Positions 36,004-46,308 of a stretch of DNA of 51,248 nucleotides are shown here, in pieces. This DNA is from a virus: the IMG/VR virus record IMGVR_UViG_3300009656_000002. The stretch is one strand, 5' to 3'. How positions within the stretch are numbered: position 1 is the stretch's first letter; each line of letters starts with the position of its first letter. The position numbers were made by a program, and so were the translations under genes. The notes beneath the pieces are model-generated. The model saw only the letters and a program-made list of their open reading frames with translations, had not been told where the DNA came from and did not search any database.

Positions 36004-38472
36004 ATGACGGACGGCGAGCTCGTGGACCTCGTGGGCGTCCCGGTCGCCGAGACGGCCCCCTCCGGGCTCACGGCAACGGGCGATCCGTATGCGGCCCTCC
36101 CCGATTGCCCCCTCGCGGTGGTCTGGTTCGGCGGGGCCGTGTACGCCGTGCTCCCGTTCGGCGGCCCCCTCCGGTTCGACGGGGCGGCGTGGACCCCGCT
36201 CCCGGGCATCCCCTCGCCGGACATCACGCTCGCGTGCGTCCACGGGGGCGCGCTCGTCTTCGCGACCCCCTCGGGCGCGTGCTGGCGGTACACTGGCGCG
36301 ACGTGGACCGGGCTCCCCTCGACCGGGCTCGATTACACGGCCGCCCTCCTCTCGATCCGCGGGATCATGTGCGCCTTCGGCGGCATGTACGGCGAGGGCG
36401 ACGCGGCGGCGTGCGCGATCGCGGCCTTCAACGGGGCCACATGGTCCGCGACCCTGACGGACGAGGCCGGGGGGGAGGTCGTCGCGGTCGTGCCGGACGG
36501 GGCGGAGGGCTTCATCGTCGCCGCCTCGAATTGTGGGGACACCCAGACGGGGTTGTACGGGCTCTCGTCATACTTCGCATGGGCCGGGCCCGGGGCGGCG
36601 ACCATGACCCGCACGGGCGGGGGCGGGGCCTCCCGGTGGGTCGAGAGCGCGGCGCTCGTCGACGGGGTGCCGCACGTCCTCCTCGCCGAGACGTTCGACG
36701 AGGGGATCGTCCACACCGTCGACCGATGGACCGGCACCGCCTGGGAGACCGTGGCCGGGCTCGGCACCCTCCCCCTCCACGCGGGCCTCCTCCCGGACGG
36801 CGCCGGGGCGGTCCTCTGGGCGTCGACCGGGGCGTGGGGCGAGACCTTCGCGTCCTCCCTCTCACAGTACGACGGGGTCGCCGTCGCCGAGCTCGTGGAC
36901 CTGGCGCCCGCGGCCGGGACCGACGACCATATCGTCTTCGGGTGGGTCGACGGTGCGACCCTGACGGCCGTGGTCGAGAACACCGCCGACGGCTACCGGC
37001 TCCAGGACTTCGCGATCGCCCGGGTGATCGTCGTGCCGGCCGCGGCCTCGTGGACGGACGGCCCCGACCGCTTCGCCCTCTCGCGCTTCGGCCGGCGCGC
37101 GGTCCCGGCCCCAACGGCCCCGACGTGCGAGCCCGACCGCTTCGGCCTCTCGCCCTTCTCCCGGCGATACGTCGAGCCCATCGAGGTCGTCGGCGCGGTC
37201 CTGGAGGCCACGGCAACGATCGCCCTCGGCCGGTGCGGGGCGTCGGGTGCGGTCGTGCACGGCCTGACGGGGGAGATCTCGCCGGCCGCCTCGACCGTCT
37301 TCGCGCGCCTCCGGGCCCCCGTGGTCTTCGTGCTCGACGCGGCCCGGCACCCCGTCGCGGTCCTCGACGGGTACGAGCTCTTCGAGTGGGTCGACCACTG
37401 GCGCGAGCCCGACGAGTGGACCCTCATCATCGACGCGAAGGTGCCGGGCGCGAAGACCCTGGCGACCGGGGCGTTCATCGCGGCCGTCGTGCCGGGCGGT
37501 GAGACGAAGGTCGGGCTCATCGACGACCCCGGGGTCTCGCTCACGGGGACAGACGGCGTCGAGGCGATCGTCGTGACCGGCCGGTGCTACGGGTCGATGC
37601 TCGGCGCGAGAAACGCCCTGGCGGGGACCGCGTCGGGCTCGGGGACGGACGCCTGGGGCCTGACATCGACGTGGGACGGCGGCCAACCGGGCTCCCCTGC
37701 CGGCGCGATGGCCTATTACGTTCATCGGAACGCGATCGCCCCGGCCGAAGCCTACCGGGCCGTCCCCGACCTCGCGATCGGGACGCTCACGGCCACGGAG
37801 CTCCAGGTCCGGTATAACGCCCGGTTCCAGCCGATCACGGAGATCCTCCTGGAGATCTGCCAGTACTCGGGGCTCGGGTGGAGTATGCGGTACGACGAGG
37901 ACGCCGGCCTCTTCCGGTTCGACGTGCTCGGCGGCCGGGACATGACCGGCCGGGTGGCGTTTTCCCCCGACTACGGCACGGTCGCCGGGATCGCGTTCGC
38001 GCGCCGGACGCGGGACGCCCGGAACCTCGCGTGGGTCGCGGGCCAGGGCGAGGGCGCCCTCCGCGACGTGCGGGGGTATTACGACACGGCCCGGTATCCC
38101 CGGGGCCCGCCGTCGGGGCTCGCCCTCCGCGAGATGTTCGTTGATGCACGAGACATCGGGCCGACGTCCGAGACGACCCTCAAGGAGCGCGGCGACCAAA
38201 AGCTCGCGGAGGTCGCCGAGGAGGCGAGCGTGGAGTTCACGCTCCTTACGGGCGGCGCGTACGATTACCCCCGGGACTTCCGCACGGGCGACGTGGTCCG
38301 GGCCGACTACCCGGGATGGGCGTCGACCGAGGCCCGGATCGTCGCCGTCGGGCAACGCTGGGACGCCGACGGGCGCACCGTGACCGTCGCGGTCGGGTCG
38401 GAGCCCGCGGACGTGAGGAAGACCATACTCGACCTGGCACGGCGCCAGGACCAACAGGAGAGGAAAGGATAA
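36004..38472 (+). CDS. Baseplate hub/Tal-like (ReqiPepy6 Gp37-like) with N-terminal propeller-like region
   Basis: NLAWVAGQGEG..R, EMFVDARD, DF..GDVV and VGSEP motifs. Confidence 0.75.
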   Translation: MTDGELVDLVGVPVAETAPSGLTATGDPYAALPDCPLAVVWFGGAVYAVLPFGGPLRFDGAAWTPLPGIPSPDITLACVHGGALVFATPSGACWRYTGATWTGLPSTGLDYTAALLSIRGIMCAFGGMYGEGDAAACAIAAFNGATWSATLTDEAGGEVVAVVPDGAEGFIVAASNCGDTQTGLYGLSSYFAWAGPGAATMTRTGGGGASRWVESAALVDGVPHVLLAETFDEGIVHTVDRWTGTAWETVAGLGTLPLHAGLLPDGAGAVLWASTGAWGETFASSLSQYDGVAVAELVDLAPAAGTDDHIVFGWVDGATLTAVVENTADGYRLQDFAIARVIVVPAAASWTDGPDRFALSRFGRRAVPAPTAPTCEPDRFGLSPFSRRYVEPIEVVGAVLEATATIALGRCGASGAVVHGLTGEISPAASTVFARLRAPVVFVLDAARHPVAVLDGYELFEWVDHWREPDEWTLIIDAKVPGAKTLATGAFIAAVVPGGETKVGLIDDPGVSLTGTDGVEAIVVTGRCYGSMLGARNALAGTASGSGTDAWGLTSTWDGGQPGSPAGAMAYYVHRNAIAPAEAYRAVPDLAIGTLTATELQVRYNARFQPITEILLEICQYSGLGWSMRYDEDAGLFRFDVLGGRDMTGRVAFSPDYGTVAGIAFARRTRDARNLAWVAGQGEGALRDVRGYYDTARYPRGPPSGLALREMFVDARDIGPTSETTLKERGDQKLAEVAEEASVEFTLLTGGAYDYPRDFRTGDVVRADYPGWASTEARIVAVGQRWDADGRTVTVAVGSEPADVRKTILDLARRQDQQERKG

Positions 38473-38474
38473 CC

Positions 38475-39542
38475 ATGACAGAGCAAAGCGGATTTTTCGC
38501 CGACGGTGTCGGCGACATCAGGCGATACAGCCAGGCCCACCTCGCGGCGGCCCTGATGCTTTTCGCCCGGAACGGCGTCTCGCATATCTTCGGGAACGGG
38601 TGCCAGGTGGCCGTCACGACCCCGGCGACCCGTGCGGTCACCGTGGCCGACGGGTGCGCCCTCATCCAGGGGTATTATTACCAGAACGACGCGACGATCA
38701 CCCTCCCGATCGCGGCGGCGGACGCGACGAACCCCCGCATCGACCGGGTCGTCCTCCGGCTCGACGCGCTCGGCGACCGTGCCATAACGGCGCTCGTCGT
38801 CACGGGGACGCCGGCCGCGACCCCCGCGGCCCCGGCCCTTGTGCGCTCTGGCGGGCTCTACGACATCGGCCTCGCGACCCTCCTCCTCCCGGCGAACGCC
38901 GAGACGGTCTCGGCCGTCACGGACACGCGCATGATCGCCGAGACGTGTGGGTATATCGAGCCCTGGCGGGTGAGCCAGACGTCGTTTTACCCGACCGCGG
39001 CCGTCAACATGCAGGGCCAGAAGATCACGAACCTGGCGACGCCGACGGCGAACGGGGACGCCTGTACGTTGGGGGTGGCCCACACCCTCTGGGAAAGCGC
39101 GATCCAGAGTGCGAATTTTGCGGGCGACCTCGTCCCAATGGCCGGGGCCCCGGGCATGCTCGAAGACCTCGGGGCGGACCACTCGAACCCGGCATCTGGA
39201 AAGCACATCTTCGGCCGGCGGGTCAACAGCGGAGACGTCGAGTGGCTCCTCTGCAACGGGGCCGAGGTCCGTAAGACGACCTTCGGCGTCGAGTCCCGGG
39301 ACATCGGGTATGGCGACCTCTACACGGCGATCGGGGACGCCTATGGCACCCCGAGCGGCGGGTCGCTCTTCTTCCGGCTCCCGAACTTCGAGGGGGCCGT
39401 GATGGGCTTCTACAAGGCCGGGGCGACGGGGTTCGGAATCATCGGCCAACGGGTGCTCCAGCTCCCGGTCACCATGACCGCCGGCGGCGGAGCCGAGATC
39501 CCCGCGCGTTTGACCGTCGGCGGGATGCTCATCAAGGTGTGA
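38475..39542 (+). CDS. Upper baseplate/tail fibre with tail-collar domain
   Basis: EQSGFF, VADG.ALIQGY, NPRIDRVVLRL; WLLCNG..LYTAIG..YG..FRLPN. Confidence 0.8.
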   Translation: MTEQSGFFADGVGDIRRYSQAHLAAALMLFARNGVSHIFGNGCQVAVTTPATRAVTVADGCALIQGYYYQNDATITLPIAAADATNPRIDRVVLRLDALGDRAITALVVTGTPAATPAAPALVRSGGLYDIGLATLLLPANAETVSAVTDTRMIAETCGYIEPWRVSQTSFYPTAAVNMQGQKITNLATPTANGDACTLGVAHTLWESAIQSANFAGDLVPMAGAPGMLEDLGADHSNPASGKHIFGRRVNSGDVEWLLCNGAEVRKTTFGVESRDIGYGDLYTAIGDAYGTPSGGSLFFRLPNFEGAVMGFYKAGATGFGIIGQRVLQLPVTMTAGGGAEIPARLTVGGMLIKV

Positions 39543-39543
39543 T

Positions 39544-41655
39544 ATGGTGACAAAATACGTTTTCGCGGCGCCCGACTCGTCCGACGCAGACCGGGCCGCG
39601 GCATCCGCCGGGTGCCTCTTCTCGGGGTCGTGGACCACGGCCCAGAAGGCGATCATTTCGTCGAACACGGCCTCGGAGATCGAGTTCCGCGCCGGCACCT
39701 ATGCCTTCTCCGGGGCCCTGACGGTCGGCAACAACACGAATTTCCACGGGCCCGCGGGGTCGATCCCCGTCCCGGCCCGGAAGCGGACCCTCGTCGACCA
39801 CGACCCGCGGACCATGGCCGTCTTCCGGTCTCTGCCGAGCCACCAGTACTCGACCGAGACCATGATCGGCGGGGCCCCGGGCGGGGTCGAGAGCCCGACC
39901 AAGCCGTCGAGTGTGAAGGCCACGATCACGACGGCGAGCGCGGGCTCGAACGTCCAGATCGCGGACGTCTACATGCTCGGGTACATAACCCTCAACCTCC
40001 CAAGCGCACGGAGCTGTACGGTGTTCCGGGTCGTGATCTCGAACTACCTGGGGAAGGCGAGCGACTACCCGAACGGCTCCTGGTGCAACATGGGATTTGA
40101 AGCGACCGGCGCGTTCTGGTTGAAGAGCTCGTGCTCGAATATCAAATTCGATACGTGCATCAGTCAGTTCAGCTCTCACCACGGCTTTAACATCCAATTC
40201 GGGAGCGGCACAAGCACGGGTATAACGCTCAAAGACTGCCGGGCGCTCCATTCGGGGTGCGGCATGATCCGGTCGGGCGCGGATAAGAGGACCGCCCTGG
40301 CGCTCCTGAACGAGTCCCTCGCAGTCCCGGCCCTCAAGTTCCGCCAGGGGCGCGGGTATCTCTGTTGGGCCGTGGGGTTCGACTTGAACGAGCACGGCAC
40401 GGTCGACGACCTTCTCGCGGAGGACTGTTACGCCTACGATTCGTGGAAGGTCGGGTTTTACCAGGAACCGGGGCGGATCAACAAAAACGTCCGGCTCGTC
40501 CGGTGCGTGTCTGAGGAGGCGGGGAAGCGGGCCACGATCACGATCGGGACGGGGACGGGCGCGGTCGTCCGCATGATCCCGCGGGAGAGCGAGGCGTCCA
40601 ACTTCTACCTCCAGAACGCGGTCCTCTATGACTGCATAAGCCGCGGGGCCCTGAAGGCCGGGTACGACCTCTTCCCCCAGTCCGATTATACCCAGGTCGT
40701 CGACGGGGTCGCGTACCGGATGGCGCTCGTCGGGTGTAAGGACTGTGGATCTGGGTATGGTGTCGCGTGCGGCCCGTGCAACACGGGGAGAGTCCTGATC
40801 AAAAATTGCACGTTCGCGAATTACGGGCATTATGCCGTGAACCTCGCCGGTAACGGGCCGTACACGGTCAAGGGCATCCGGATCAAGGTGCCGGCCGAAC
40901 GCGCCGGGCGCCCGCCGCTTCGCATCGGGCGGTATTGCCGGGTGAATAGCGCCATGAGCCTCTCCGACGGGCGCATGGGGAACTTCACGAGCGGATTTAA
41001 GGAGTGCAGAGACGTCGCCGTCACCGTGGACGGGGTCGTGGAGGGGCTCAATGCGGGCGTGGCGGCCTACCTCGGCGGGCCGTACCAACCCAAGAGCCCG
41101 GGCGCCGTCACCCTCTCGCGGGCCACGACCCCGGTCTTCTCCCAGGCGGAGCTCGACGCGCTCTGTGTCGCGGCCACGCCGACCGATCCCGGGGATCCCG
41201 TCGAGCCGACGGACCCCGGGGATCCCGTCGAGCCGACGGACCCCGAGGTGCCGGGAGAGCCCGGGACGGCCCCGGTCGCGGCCTTCACGGGCGCCCCGAC
41301 CTCGGGGCTCGCGCCCCTCACGGTCCAGTTCACGGACCAGACCGACGGGGCCGAGTCGTGGACGTGGTCGTTCGGTGACGGGAAGACCTCGACCATCCAG
41401 AACCCGACGCACACCTACACGGTCCCCGGGACGTACCCGGTATCGTTGAACGTCGGAAAGGGCGGGATGTACGACGGGGAGCATAAGAGCGGATATATCC
41501 GCGTCTTCTCGGCCGGCGGGACCGACGTGGTCCCGGTCAACCCAGGAAACCGCGTCTGGCTCCTCTCCGACCCGAAGGTCGTCCAGGCATACGACGGTGA
41601 GGGGGCGATCGCGGCGACCATCACGCTCCGGATCGACGAGGGCCAGGCCCCATGA
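39544..41655 (+). CDS. Beta-helix adhesin with Pro-rich linker and PKD domain
   Basis: Parallel beta-helix-like repeats; PTDPGDPVE repeats; WSFGDG..STIQNPTHTY. Confidence 0.75.
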   Translation: MVTKYVFAAPDSSDADRAAASAGCLFSGSWTTAQKAIISSNTASEIEFRAGTYAFSGALTVGNNTNFHGPAGSIPVPARKRTLVDHDPRTMAVFRSLPSHQYSTETMIGGAPGGVESPTKPSSVKATITTASAGSNVQIADVYMLGYITLNLPSARSCTVFRVVISNYLGKASDYPNGSWCNMGFEATGAFWLKSSCSNIKFDTCISQFSSHHGFNIQFGSGTSTGITLKDCRALHSGCGMIRSGADKRTALALLNESLAVPALKFRQGRGYLCWAVGFDLNEHGTVDDLLAEDCYAYDSWKVGFYQEPGRINKNVRLVRCVSEEAGKRATITIGTGTGAVVRMIPRESEASNFYLQNAVLYDCISRGALKAGYDLFPQSDYTQVVDGVAYRMALVGCKDCGSGYGVACGPCNTGRVLIKNCTFANYGHYAVNLAGNGPYTVKGIRIKVPAERAGRPPLRIGRYCRVNSAMSLSDGRMGNFTSGFKECRDVAVTVDGVVEGLNAGVAAYLGGPYQPKSPGAVTLSRATTPVFSQAELDALCVAATPTDPGDPVEPTDPGDPVEPTDPEVPGEPGTAPVAAFTGAPTSGLAPLTVQFTDQTDGAESWTWSFGDGKTSTIQNPTHTYTVPGTYPVSLNVGKGGMYDGEHKSGYIRVFSAGGTDVVPVNPGNRVWLLSDPKVVQAYDGEGAIAATITLRIDEGQAP
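41179..41259 (+). repeat. 27-bp tandem coding repeat (PTDPGDPVE)
   Basis: Two near-identical units plus a degenerate third. Confidence 0.8.
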
Positions 41656-44066
41656 GCACGCGGATCCTCTGTGTCGGGGACGCCATCACGCGCGGCACCA
41701 ACCGGGACGGGTCGGGCGCGCTCCCCTCGACCATCACCTCCTACTCCTGGCGCCGGTGGCTCTGGACGGCCCTCCGGGAGAAGGGGCGGGACGTGGACTT
41801 CGTCGGGCCGCACACATGGCCCGATTTTGAAAATGTCGAGTTCGACCAGGGTAATTGCGCCTTCGGCGGGAACACGACGATCGCCTGGATGCTCGACAAG
41901 GTCCGGGCCCTCCGCGTGGCCGACGCCGCCGCGAAGGCGAAGGGCGAGGCCACGATCGCCCCCCAGGTCGCGCTCGTCCTCATCGGCACAGAGGACGCCT
42001 ATAAACAGACGACGATCGCAGACCGGAAGGCCGGGATCCTCTCGCTCGTCACGGAGCTCCGCGGGTGGTACGCGGACCACTACGCGACGGGCGCGCTCCA
42101 GGTCGTTCTTTCAACCCTCCCGCCGACGACCGACGGCGAGAACGGGGCATACCGGGACCGGACCCAGATCCAGCCGTTCAACCTCGCGCTCGCCGAGCTC
42201 GTCACGACCCTCACGAAGCCCGAGTCCCAGGTGCTCCTCGTCGACCCCCACGACGGATGGACGGCGGCCATGAGCGACAGCACCGGGAGGAAGCCGAACG
42301 AGGCCGGGGACAAGCACATTTCCTCACAATTCTTCGCGGCCGTCGAGCCCCTTCTCGGCGGGGTGGGCCCCGTGATCCCCACACCCGACCCGGAGACCGG
42401 GGAGGAGCCGAATTATTCGGTCGGGTCGATCCGGGCCGAGTTCGTGACCGCCCCGGCCTCGGTTGTCGCGGGCGCCGCGGTCACGTTCACGGATAGGAGT
42501 GTCGCCGACCGGAAGAAGATGCACCGGCGGGTCGTGATCATCGACGGGATCGACCCCGGATACGTCCGGGACATGATCAAGTACGTCCCTGACGATATAT
42601 TCAAGCTCACTATCGACCCGACGACCCCGGTCGAGGGCGTGGACTGGGCCATGCAGGAGCACGCCACGGAACGGGGCCCGATCCTCATCCCCTACCCCCT
42701 GACGAACGACACGGTCCTCGTCTCCGACCGGGCGCACGCCGGCGCCGACTGGACCGGGGTCGGGGCGATCTCGTGCTATCCCCCCGTGCTCGGAAAGGTC
42801 TCGCTTCCCCTCATCGCGGACGAGGTCGCGAAGGGCCTGTACCCCGAGCACGGCCAGACCCTCCTCCACGAATTGCTCCACACGATCGAGGGGCTGGAGA
42901 GCTCGGACGATCTGTATTTCTCCGAGGGCTTCCTCGCCTGGCTGGAGGCGCACCCGTCCGACCTCGCCACGGCCTTCCTCCGAAACCCGGCGGCGATGGA
43001 GACGACGTACGAGCTCCTCAGCTTCTTTTATTATTACCTTATCGAGACGTACCGCACGACCCCGGAGCTCTGGAGCCGGCAGGTAACGTATTTCTGGAGC
43101 TTCGGCGACGGCGCGACCTCGACCGAACGCTCGCCCGTCCACACGTACGCGGCGGCCGGCGCCTACCCCGTCCACCTGACGGTCACGACCCGGGAGGGGT
43201 TCGACACGTCCGACCTCGTGACGATAACGGTCGCGGCCCCCACGGCGCCCCCGGTCGCGGCCTTCCGGGCGAGCGCGTCGGCGGGGGAGGCCCCGTTCGG
43301 CGTCCAATTCTATGACGAGAGCACGGGGGGCACCCCCGACACCTGGCGGTACGAGTTCGGGGACGGCGCCGAGAGCTCCGCGGCCACCCGGAACCCGACC
43401 CACGTCTACACGTCCCCGGGGGTCTACTCGCCCCGGCTCACGGTCACGAACGGCGCGGGGACGTCCACGGTCGAGCACGAGCACGCGATCACGGTCCTCC
43501 GGCCCCCCGCAGCCCCGCCGGCGATCCACGAGCTCGAATACGCCGGCTTCGTCGACCTCCTGGAGATGGTCGCCGAGATGTTCGGGTATATCGAGCTCCG
43601 GGACGAGGGCGGGAAGGCCCTCGCGCCCCGCATCCCGACGGCCGGCCGGATCACGGCGACCCTGGAGGAGGACACCCTTAACCTCGTGCTCCAGGTGCGG
43701 ATCCTCGGCGCGGACCTCGCGGCGCTCCCTCAGAAGATAAGCGGCGGGGAGTTCTACGAGAACGCGGTCGGTGGGGAGAGGCTCGCCCGGGCCATCTTCG
43801 AGGATATGCCGATCTGGCCCGTCCTCAATGCGTCCGTCGACGCTCTCGACATCACGATCCCGATCTCGGTCGTGGCGGAGTCCGTTCTGCCGCGGATCAC
43901 GAACTTGAGCCTCCAGAACGTGACCGGGGTCACGGGCGCGGCCCTGGTGGCCTCGTTTCGCGTCCAGAACCCTCCACCGGGCGCCGTGGTGGTGCTCTCT
44001 GAGTATTCGCCGGTGGTGCCGGTCGGGGGCCAGGCCCGGCTCTCCCTGAAGGTCGTTCGCTCCTGA
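41652..44066 (+). CDS. SGNH-like domain + HExxH insert + two PKD domains
   Basis: CVGDAIT, VDFVG and IGTED blocks; LLHELLH; WSFGDG and YEFGDG PKD motifs. Confidence 0.75.
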   Translation: MSTRILCVGDAITRGTNRDGSGALPSTITSYSWRRWLWTALREKGRDVDFVGPHTWPDFENVEFDQGNCAFGGNTTIAWMLDKVRALRVADAAAKAKGEATIAPQVALVLIGTEDAYKQTTIADRKAGILSLVTELRGWYADHYATGALQVVLSTLPPTTDGENGAYRDRTQIQPFNLALAELVTTLTKPESQVLLVDPHDGWTAAMSDSTGRKPNEAGDKHISSQFFAAVEPLLGGVGPVIPTPDPETGEEPNYSVGSIRAEFVTAPASVVAGAAVTFTDRSVADRKKMHRRVVIIDGIDPGYVRDMIKYVPDDIFKLTIDPTTPVEGVDWAMQEHATERGPILIPYPLTNDTVLVSDRAHAGADWTGVGAISCYPPVLGKVSLPLIADEVAKGLYPEHGQTLLHELLHTIEGLESSDDLYFSEGFLAWLEAHPSDLATAFLRNPAAMETTYELLSFFYYYLIETYRTTPELWSRQVTYFWSFGDGATSTERSPVHTYAAAGAYPVHLTVTTREGFDTSDLVTITVAAPTAPPVAAFRASASAGEAPFGVQFYDESTGGTPDTWRYEFGDGAESSAATRNPTHVYTSPGVYSPRLTVTNGAGTSTVEHEHAITVLRPPAAPPAIHELEYAGFVDLLEMVAEMFGYIELRDEGGKALAPRIPTAGRITATLEEDTLNLVLQVRILGADLAALPQKISGGEFYENAVGGERLARAIFEDMPIWPVLNASVDALDITIPISVVAESVLPRITNLSLQNVTGVTGAALVASFRVQNPPPGAVVVLSEYSPVVPVGGQARLSLKVVRS

Positions 44067-44133
44067 AGAAAATCAAAACAAAACTTTTTTTAAGTAGCCG
44101 ACTAATCACTATCCATGGTGACCAACACCATGG
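44067..44133 (+). promoter_or_regulatory. Strong archaeal-type promoter for the early region, with palindrome over the start
   Basis: A-rich tract, TTTTTTTAAG, then CCATGGTG-N5-CACCATGG at 44113-44133 containing GGTGA. Confidence 0.65.
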
Positions 44134-44435
44134 AAGCGAAACCGGCGGCGATCATCGTCTGCGATCGCCTCACGGACTACCAGGCGCGGCGCCTCGCGGA
44201 AGACCTCGGGCTCTACGGGTCCGACGGTCGCACGCTCGCCGACCGCATCGACTCAGAGGCTTGAGAACATGACGCAAAAAGAAGGGGTGGAAGCGGTGAC
44301 AACGGCGTCCCTTACCAACGCCAGATCTATACTGGTACCTGGGGGACATGAGTGTTTCGGTCGGGCGCTCCTGGAAGCGGCGATCATGGCAGAGCGGGAG
44401 AACAACGAGATCGGGATGACGGGGAGGGCGAGCTC

Positions 44436-44615
44436 GTGAACATCGTTCCGGCCCTGATGATATGCCCCGCGTGCGGTGCGGAGGGGCGGCGCGTGATCTT
44501 CCGGCGGGCCGCGAACGCGACGCCGACGTGCTCCCGGTGTGGGTCCACCCTCCGGCGCGCGACTCAACGAGACTTCGAGGCCCACGCCGCGAAGACCTGG
44601 GGGACGGCCGCATGA
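44436..44615 (+). CDS. Small zinc-ribbon protein
   Basis: CPACG...CSRCG; GTGA-coupled start. Confidence 0.6.
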   Translation: MNIVPALMICPACGAEGRRVIFRRAANATPTCSRCGSTLRRATQRDFEAHAAKTWGTAA

Positions 44616-45085
44616 GCGGCGAGCCGAAGACGATCACCACGGGCGGGGATCCGGACGGGGACTGCTATACGTCCATCTATGCGTCGGAAACCGGCATTGT
44701 TGCCGGCGGACGGTTCGACGGGTACGCCATCGAGCCGGCCGTGGCGCCATGGTCCGCCGTCCTGGAGCACGCGCCCCCCGGGGCCCTCGTGAAGGCCCTT
44801 TCCGGCCACGAGGGCGACCGCGAGGCGATGGAGGCCCTGGAGCGCGTGCGCGTCGAGCTCTCGCGCGAGTGCCGGCGGAGCCTCCGGGCCGCGATCGCCG
44901 CCCGCGATCAGCTCCTCGGGGAGAAATCGGACGAGATCCGATGGCTCCGGGGCGAGGTAAGCAAGATGATCGGCAAGCTCACGCCGATCGCCATCGCCGA
45001 GACGAGCGGCGCCGGCCTGAAGGGCCCCGTCGGGCCCGTGCCGGCTCCCGAGGACGACGAGTACGGGGGTGTCGGCCCGAAATGA
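44612..45085 (+). CDS. Hypothetical coiled-coil protein
   Basis: ATGA-coupled; helical C-terminal half. Confidence 0.6.
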   Translation: MSGEPKTITTGGDPDGDCYTSIYASETGIVAGGRFDGYAIEPAVAPWSAVLEHAPPGALVKALSGHEGDREAMEALERVRVELSRECRRSLRAAIAARDQLLGEKSDEIRWLRGEVSKMIGKLTPIAIAETSGAGLKGPVGPVPAPEDDEYGGVGPK

Positions 45086-45507
45086 TGGCCCCGGTCCTGG
45101 ACGAGGACGGCCAGAGGATCCCCGGGAAGCCGGGGACGTGGCTGGAGGTCGCATACGACCGGCACCTGGAGGCCGAGCGCCTCCGGGAGCGCCTGAAGAC
45201 GGTGGAGGACGATAAGGCGTACGCGCTCGACATGGCGAAGGACGACCCGATCCACGTGGTGAATCTTGGATACGGTACCGTCCGGCTCGTCGTCACCCCC
45301 GGCCGCCGAAGCATCGACAACGACCTCTTCGTCGCGGCCTTTCCGGCGCTCTGCAAGACCGTGAAGAAGGCCCCGGGGCTCGCGGCGGCCCAGGCGATCC
45401 TCTCGCCGGAGGAGCTCGCCCCGGTCCTGAAGCGGAGCGAGGACAAGCTCGCGCTCAAGTTCACGCCGACGGTCGAGATCCCGATCCGTGAGGATAGCGA
45501 ACCATGA
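45082..45507 (+). CDS. Hypothetical protein, weakly Gam/Gp157-like
   Basis: Coiled coil followed by short beta region. Confidence 0.45.
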   Translation: MMAPVLDEDGQRIPGKPGTWLEVAYDRHLEAERLRERLKTVEDDKAYALDMAKDDPIHVVNLGYGTVRLVVTPGRRSIDNDLFVAAFPALCKTVKKAPGLAAAQAILSPEELAPVLKRSEDKLALKFTPTVEIPIREDSEP

Positions 45508-45800
45508 TTCACGACACCGAAGACACCACGGCCGAGGCGCACCTCTTCCACGCGCTCGGCAACCCGATCCGGCTCCGCGTCCTCCTGACGCTCGACGAGC
45601 CGATGCCGGTCCACGACCTCAACGAGATTATCAGCTCCTATCCCGACTCGAAGCTCTCGTATCACCTCTCCCTCCTGGCGAAGCGCGGGCTCGTCACGCG
45701 CACGCCGCGCGGCAACCTCCGGATCTACCGGCGAACGGCGCTCGGCGACGCGATCGCGTTCGTGGTCCTCCTCTACCGTGCGGTTCGGGGGCGCCGATGA
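45504..45800 (+). CDS. ArsR-family winged-helix regulator
   Basis: LFHALGNPIRLRVL...SKLSYHLSLL..RGLV...GN.RIY. Confidence 0.85.
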   Translation: MIHDTEDTTAEAHLFHALGNPIRLRVLLTLDEPMPVHDLNEIISSYPDSKLSYHLSLLAKRGLVTRTPRGNLRIYRRTALGDAIAFVVLLYRAVRGRR

Positions 45801-45924
45801 CGCTCCTACTGACGCCGATCTTCGAGTGGCTCGTGCCGGTCTCCGTCCTGGTGGTCGGGCTCGCCGCGGTGCACCTCCACTGCTGCCCGCCGAAGCGCGG
45901 ACACCTCGCACGGATGGGGTGGGC

Positions 45925-46077
45925 ATGACCGTCCCAAAGACCCCGTGCGGGATCGTCTGCGTCGGGCTCCTCCCCGTGGACGTCTGCCGCTCGTGCGCGA
46001 TGGACTGCCCCGCCCGCGGCCATGAACGCACCTGTCGCGGCGGGTGCTCGGAATGCACCTGCGGGGGACACGAATGA
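45925..46077 (+). CDS. Small Cys-rich protein (paralog of 4099-4263)
   Basis: TPCGIV..DVCRSCA..CP..H.RTCRGGC..C.CG. Confidence 0.6.
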   Translation: MTVPKTPCGIVCVGLLPVDVCRSCAMDCPARGHERTCRGGCSECTCGGHE

Positions 46078-46223
46078 AGGTCACGAAGGAGAAAGTCGAC
46101 GAGATCCGAAAGTTCGCAGAGAACATCTCGGACGACGCCCGCACGCTCCGCAAACAGGCGATCAAGCTCCTCGACATCTGCGACAGTCTCGGGGAAGACT
46201 CGACGGACGAGGCGTATCAATGA
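46074..46223 (+). CDS. Small helical hypothetical protein
   Basis: ATGA-coupled at both ends; 49 aa. Confidence 0.5.
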   Translation: MKVTKEKVDEIRKFAENISDDARTLRKQAIKLLDICDSLGEDSTDEAYQ

Positions 46224-46308
46224 CCCCCCCGACCGTCTCGCGCGACGGCCCCGGGCTGCTCTTTACGGGGCTCGACGTGTTTCCGGTCAACCTGGTCGAG
46301 GTGACGGC

